From positions 719-64,718 of the forward strand of contig JAHFLD010000001.1 of assembly GCA_023245035.1 (NCBI GenBank): a DNA stretch of 64,000 nucleotides. Direction: 5' to 3'. Each line of letters opens with the position of its first letter. Position 1 is the stretch's first letter. Source of the DNA: Candidatus Harrisonbacteria bacterium (GTDB lineage: Bacteria; Patescibacteriota; Minisyncoccia; UBA6257; 1-14-0-10-40-38). A model generated the notes under the pieces. That model was not told the DNA's origin. It did no database searches and was given only the letters and a program-made list of their open reading frames with translations. Both the position numbers and the translations under genes were made by a program. This document shows, piece after piece, positions 61,095-64,000 of the stretch.

Positions 61095-64000
61095 ATGCGT
61101 TTTGATTTGAACGATAAGACCCCCGCTCAACTGGAAGAGGAGGTTTTGGAGCTTTGGCGCTCCAAGAAAATCTTTGAGCGAATCCAAAAAAAACGCGAAG
61201 GCCAAACCCCTTTTCGTTTTTTTGAAGGTCCGCCGACCGCCAATGGTCGTCCGGGAATTCACCATGTTCTGGCCCGCGCCTTCAAAGACGCGGTACTTCG
61301 CTATCAAACCATGCGGGGCAAATATGTCCTGCGCCGCGCCGGCTGGGACACTCACGGCTTACCCGTGGAAATTGAGGTGGAAAAAGAACTGGGCATCAAA
61401 AGCAAACCCGAAATTGAAAAATACGGCATCGCCAAGTTCAACGCCAAAGCCAAAGAATCGGTTTGGCAGTACAAAACCGAATGGGAAAAACTAACCGAAC
61501 GCGTCGGTTTTTGGCTGGATTTCAAGCATCCCTACGTAACCTACGAAACCGACTACATAGAATCGGTCTGGTGGGTGATTAGCGAGGTGGAGAAGCGAGG
61601 CCTCCTGGAAAAGGGTCATCGAGTGGTGCCCTGGTGTCCGCGTTGCGAAACTTCGCTCTCCAGTCACGAGTTGGCTCAACCTGGCGCCTACAGAACCACT
61701 AAAGACCCCTCGCTTTACCTCAAGCTTCCGCTTGTCGGCGAAAAAAATACCAGCCTTCTTGTTTGGACAACCACCCCTTGGACCCTGCCGGGAAATATGG
61801 CCGTCGCGGTCAATCCCGATCTCCTCTATACAAAATTTAAATCAGGGGATGAATTTTTTTGGGCCTACAAAATGCCAGAGATTCTTGCCTCGGTGAGCGA
61901 GGGACAAGCTCCTCGCGAAGTTTTGGCCACCAAAGAAACCAAAAAAGGGCACGAGCTCTTGGGTAAAAAATACGAGCCGCTTTTTGCGGACAAAAAAGTA
62001 AAAACACCGCAACTCTACTCGGTTCTCGCGGGAGATTTTGTTTCAACCGAGGACGGCACGGGACTGGTTCACATCGCCCCCGCCTTCGGTGAGGAAGATT
62101 TAAAACTTTGGCGTGCCGCGCATAATGGCGAACGAACCGAAATCATAGTCAACGTGGACGGCGAAGGCCGTATGGGCGAGGGCTTTCCCGGCGCCGGTCA
62201 ATTTATCAAAAAAGCCGACGAGGCGATTCTCCAAAATCTCGCCGAGCGAGGCTTGGTCTACGAGCGTACGACCCTCGAACACGAATATCCTTTTTGCTGG
62301 AGATGCTCCTCGCCGCTCATCTATTTCGCCCGTGATTCGTGGTTCATAAAAATGAGCTCGCTTCGCAATGAGCTAGTAAAAGAAAATCAGAGCATCAACT
62401 GGGTGCCAAGCCACGTTAAAGAAGGCCGCTTCGGCGAGTGGCTTAAAGACGTCAAAGATTGGTCGCTGTCCCGCGAACGCTACTGGGGAACTCCGCTGCC
62501 GGTTTGGGAATGCGCCTCATGCGCCGCGCGCCGCGTGGTCGGAGCCGTGGATGAATTAAGCAAATTTGGTTCGGCTAAAAATACCTTCTATGCCATCCGT
62601 CACGGCGAGGCCGACCACATCATCCAAGGAGTTACCGCCAGCTGGCCGGAGGCAAAAAAGATCTCTCATCTTACCGTAAAAGGCCGTGAGCAAGTCGCGG
62701 ACTCCGCCAAAAAACTCTTGTCCAAAAAAATAGATCTCATCGTTTGCTCGCCAATGGCCCGCGCCAAAGAAACCGCGGAAATTATTCACCAAGCAACCCG
62801 CGTCCCCGTCGTCTACGATGAGCGTCTGGCGGACATTAACTGCGGAATTTTTGACGGCCAATCCATAGATAGCTATCGCGCCTTTTTCCAAGATGCGGAG
62901 AATCGCCTTAACACCGCCCCGCCCGGCGGAGAATCTCCCGCCCAGGTTCGAGTGCGTATGGCGCAAGTTCTGCAATCTCTGCAGAAAGAACACGCGGGCA
63001 AACGCATCCTAATCGTTAGCCACGACGATCCGCTTCGTATGCTCCGCGCGAGCATCAAGCGTCTGCCCGAAGAAAAAATCTTAAAACAAAAGAGTCTAAA
63101 GCTCGGCGAGGTCATCTCCCTTGGTCGCGCCTACCTTCCGTTCAACGCCAAAGGCGAAGTTGACCTTCACAAGCCCTTCATCGACGAAATAATTTTGCGC
63201 TGTACTGTCTGTAAAAAAGGTGAGATGCGCCGAGTCAAAGAAGTTATGGATGTCTGGCTGGATTCGGGATGCGTGCCCTTCGCCGAGTGGCACTATCCTT
63301 TTGAAAACAAGGAGCAAATTGAAGAGGGTCGGCATTTTCCGGCGGACTATATTGTGGAAGGCATGGATCAAACCCGCGGCTGGTTCTACACCATGCTCGC
63401 GGTCTCGGTACTACTCGGTCGGGGCGCGCCCTACAAAAATGTCATTTCCTTAGGCTTGGTTTTGGATAAAAACGGCCAGAAAATGTCTAAGTCCAAAGGC
63501 AACGCGGTTGACCCTTGGGAGATAATTAAAAAATACGGCGCCGATACCATCCGCTGGTTCTTTTTTTCGGTCGGCGATCCCGGCGAACCGAAAAAATTCA
63601 ACGAGACCGAACTGGCTACGGTTTACCGCAAAGTTTTTTTGATCGTCTGGAACTCCTTCTTGTTTTTAAAAACCTATCAGGCGAACGAAAAGACCGGCTC
63701 TCCTAACAAGATTCTGGATGCCTGGATTCAGGCCAGAATGGCCGAGACCGAACAAAAAACACGCCAAGCCATGGACGCGTTCGATTTGCGAACGGCGGTT
63801 TTAGCCATTGAAATCTTCATTGACGATCTTTCCCGCTGGTATATCCGCCGCTCGCGGCGAAATCTCTCGGTGCCGGTTTTAACCGAGGCCTTGCTTACGC
63901 TGTCGCGCCTTCTGGCGCCATTCGCCCCCTTCTTTGCCGAGGCTCTGTTTCAAGGCCTCAAAAAAATCGCCTCCGACAAAAATGCGGAAATTTTGAAAGC
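61095..64000 (+). CDS. ileS: Isoleucyl-tRNA synthetase (3'-truncated by the window edge) carrying an inserted histidine-phosphatase-like domain.
   Basis: PTANGRPGIHHVLAR (HIGH-type), WCPRCETSL, the CP1 region, WECASC, KMSKSKGN. Hand translation from 61095 is a continuous open frame through 62577-63125, which encodes RHGE...SPMARAKETA...SHDDPLR. Not in the ORF track because no stop falls within the window. Confidence 0.88.
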   Translation, partial: MRFDLNDKTPAQLEEEVLELWRSKKIFERIQKKREGQTPFRFFEGPPTANGRPGIHHVLARAFKDAVLRYQTMRGKYVLRRAGWDTHGLPVEIEVEKELGIKSKPEIEKYGIAKFNAKAKESVWQYKTEWEKLTERVGFWLDFKHPYVTYETDYIESVWWVISEVEKRGLLEKGHRVVPWCPRCETSLSSHELAQPGAYRTTKDPSLYLKLPLVGEKNTSLLVWTTTPWTLPGNMAVAVNPDLLYTKFKSGDEFFWAYKMPEILASVSEGQAPREVLATKETKKGHELLGKKYEPLFADKKVKTPQLYSVLAGDFVSTEDGTGLVHIAPAFGEEDLKLWRAAHNGERTEIIVNVDGEGRMGEGFPGAGQFIKKADEAILQNLAERGLVYERTTLEHEYPFCWRCSSPLIYFARDSWFIKMSSLRNELVKENQSINWVPSHVKEGRFGEWLKDVKDWSLSRERYWGTPLPVWECASCAARRVVGAVDELSKFGSAKNTFYAIRHGEADHIIQGVTASWPEAKKISHLTVKGREQVADSAKKLLSKKIDLIVCSPMARAKETAEIIHQATRVPVVYDERLADINCGIFDGQSIDSYRAFFQDAENRLNTAPPGGESPAQVRVRMAQVLQSLQKEHAGKRILIVSHDDPLRMLRASIKRLPEEKILKQKSLKLGEVISLGRAYLPFNAKGEVDLHKPFIDEIILRCTVCKKGEMRRVKEVMDVWLDSGCVPFAEWHYPFENKEQIEEGRHFPADYIVEGMDQTRGWFYTMLAVSVLLGRGAPYKNVISLGLVLDKNGQKMSKSKGNAVDPWEIIKKYGADTIRWFFFSVGDPGEPKKFNETELATVYRKVFLIVWNSFLFLKTYQANEKTGSPNKILDAWIQARMAETEQKTRQAMDAFDLRTAVLAIEIFIDDLSRWYIRRSRRNLSVPVLTEALLTLSRLLAPFAPFFAEALFQGLKKIASDKNAEILK

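Overview
This 64-kb window looks like chromosomal DNA from a small, gene-dense bacterium; Candidate Phyla Radiation/Patescibacteria-like is a guess from compactness and gene content, not a search result. GC content is near 50%, with local islands of higher GC. The window includes the replication-origin neighbourhood: rpmH-rnpA-yidC-jag on the minus strand facing dnaA-dnaN on the plus strand, with DnaA-box-like 9-mers in both flanking intergenic regions. Housekeeping genes recognised from the translated ORFs are nusA (5' partial), a membrane H+-pyrophosphatase, tig, clpP, tyrS, a HIT hydrolase, class II ribonucleotide reductase, recG, glgA-GH57-glgA, glyA, folD, an M23/LysM peptidase, uvrD/pcrA, rsmA, a class A PBP, ruvC, yebC, pilB/gspE-type ATPase, ruvB, tsaE, a Nudix hydrolase, an MGMT-domain protein, infC-rpmI-rplT, a phosphoribosyltransferase, smpB, a DUF488 protein, argS and ileS (3' partial). 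I folded seven tRNAs by hand (Trp-CCA, Pro-TGG, Arg-TCT, Phe-GAA, His-GTG with G-1, Lys-CTT) and a tmRNA next to smpB. A roughly 9.5-kb block (30.5-40.1 kb) has the gene order of a monoderm-type VirB6/VirB3(PrgI)/VirB4 secretion or conjugation-like system. Its VirB4 is split into two translationally coupled ORFs, and no relaxase or coupling ATPase appears in the window. The two most unusual observations are these. First, tRNA-Lys(CTT) sits inside a symmetric array of extra copies of its own 5' half (positions 1-35) and 3' half (positions 37-76), and the two spacer families are reverse-complementary to each other. Second, IleS carries an in-frame histidine-phosphatase (PGAM-like, RHGE...SHDDPLR) domain between its CxxC motif and the KMSKS region. 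Other notes cover likely integration scars at tRNA-Trp and tRNA-Phe, a high-GC foreign-looking gene, structured intergenic repeats, tandem zinc-ribbon paralogs and overlapping gene starts. All functional calls come from motif recognition in the supplied translations; no database search was run.
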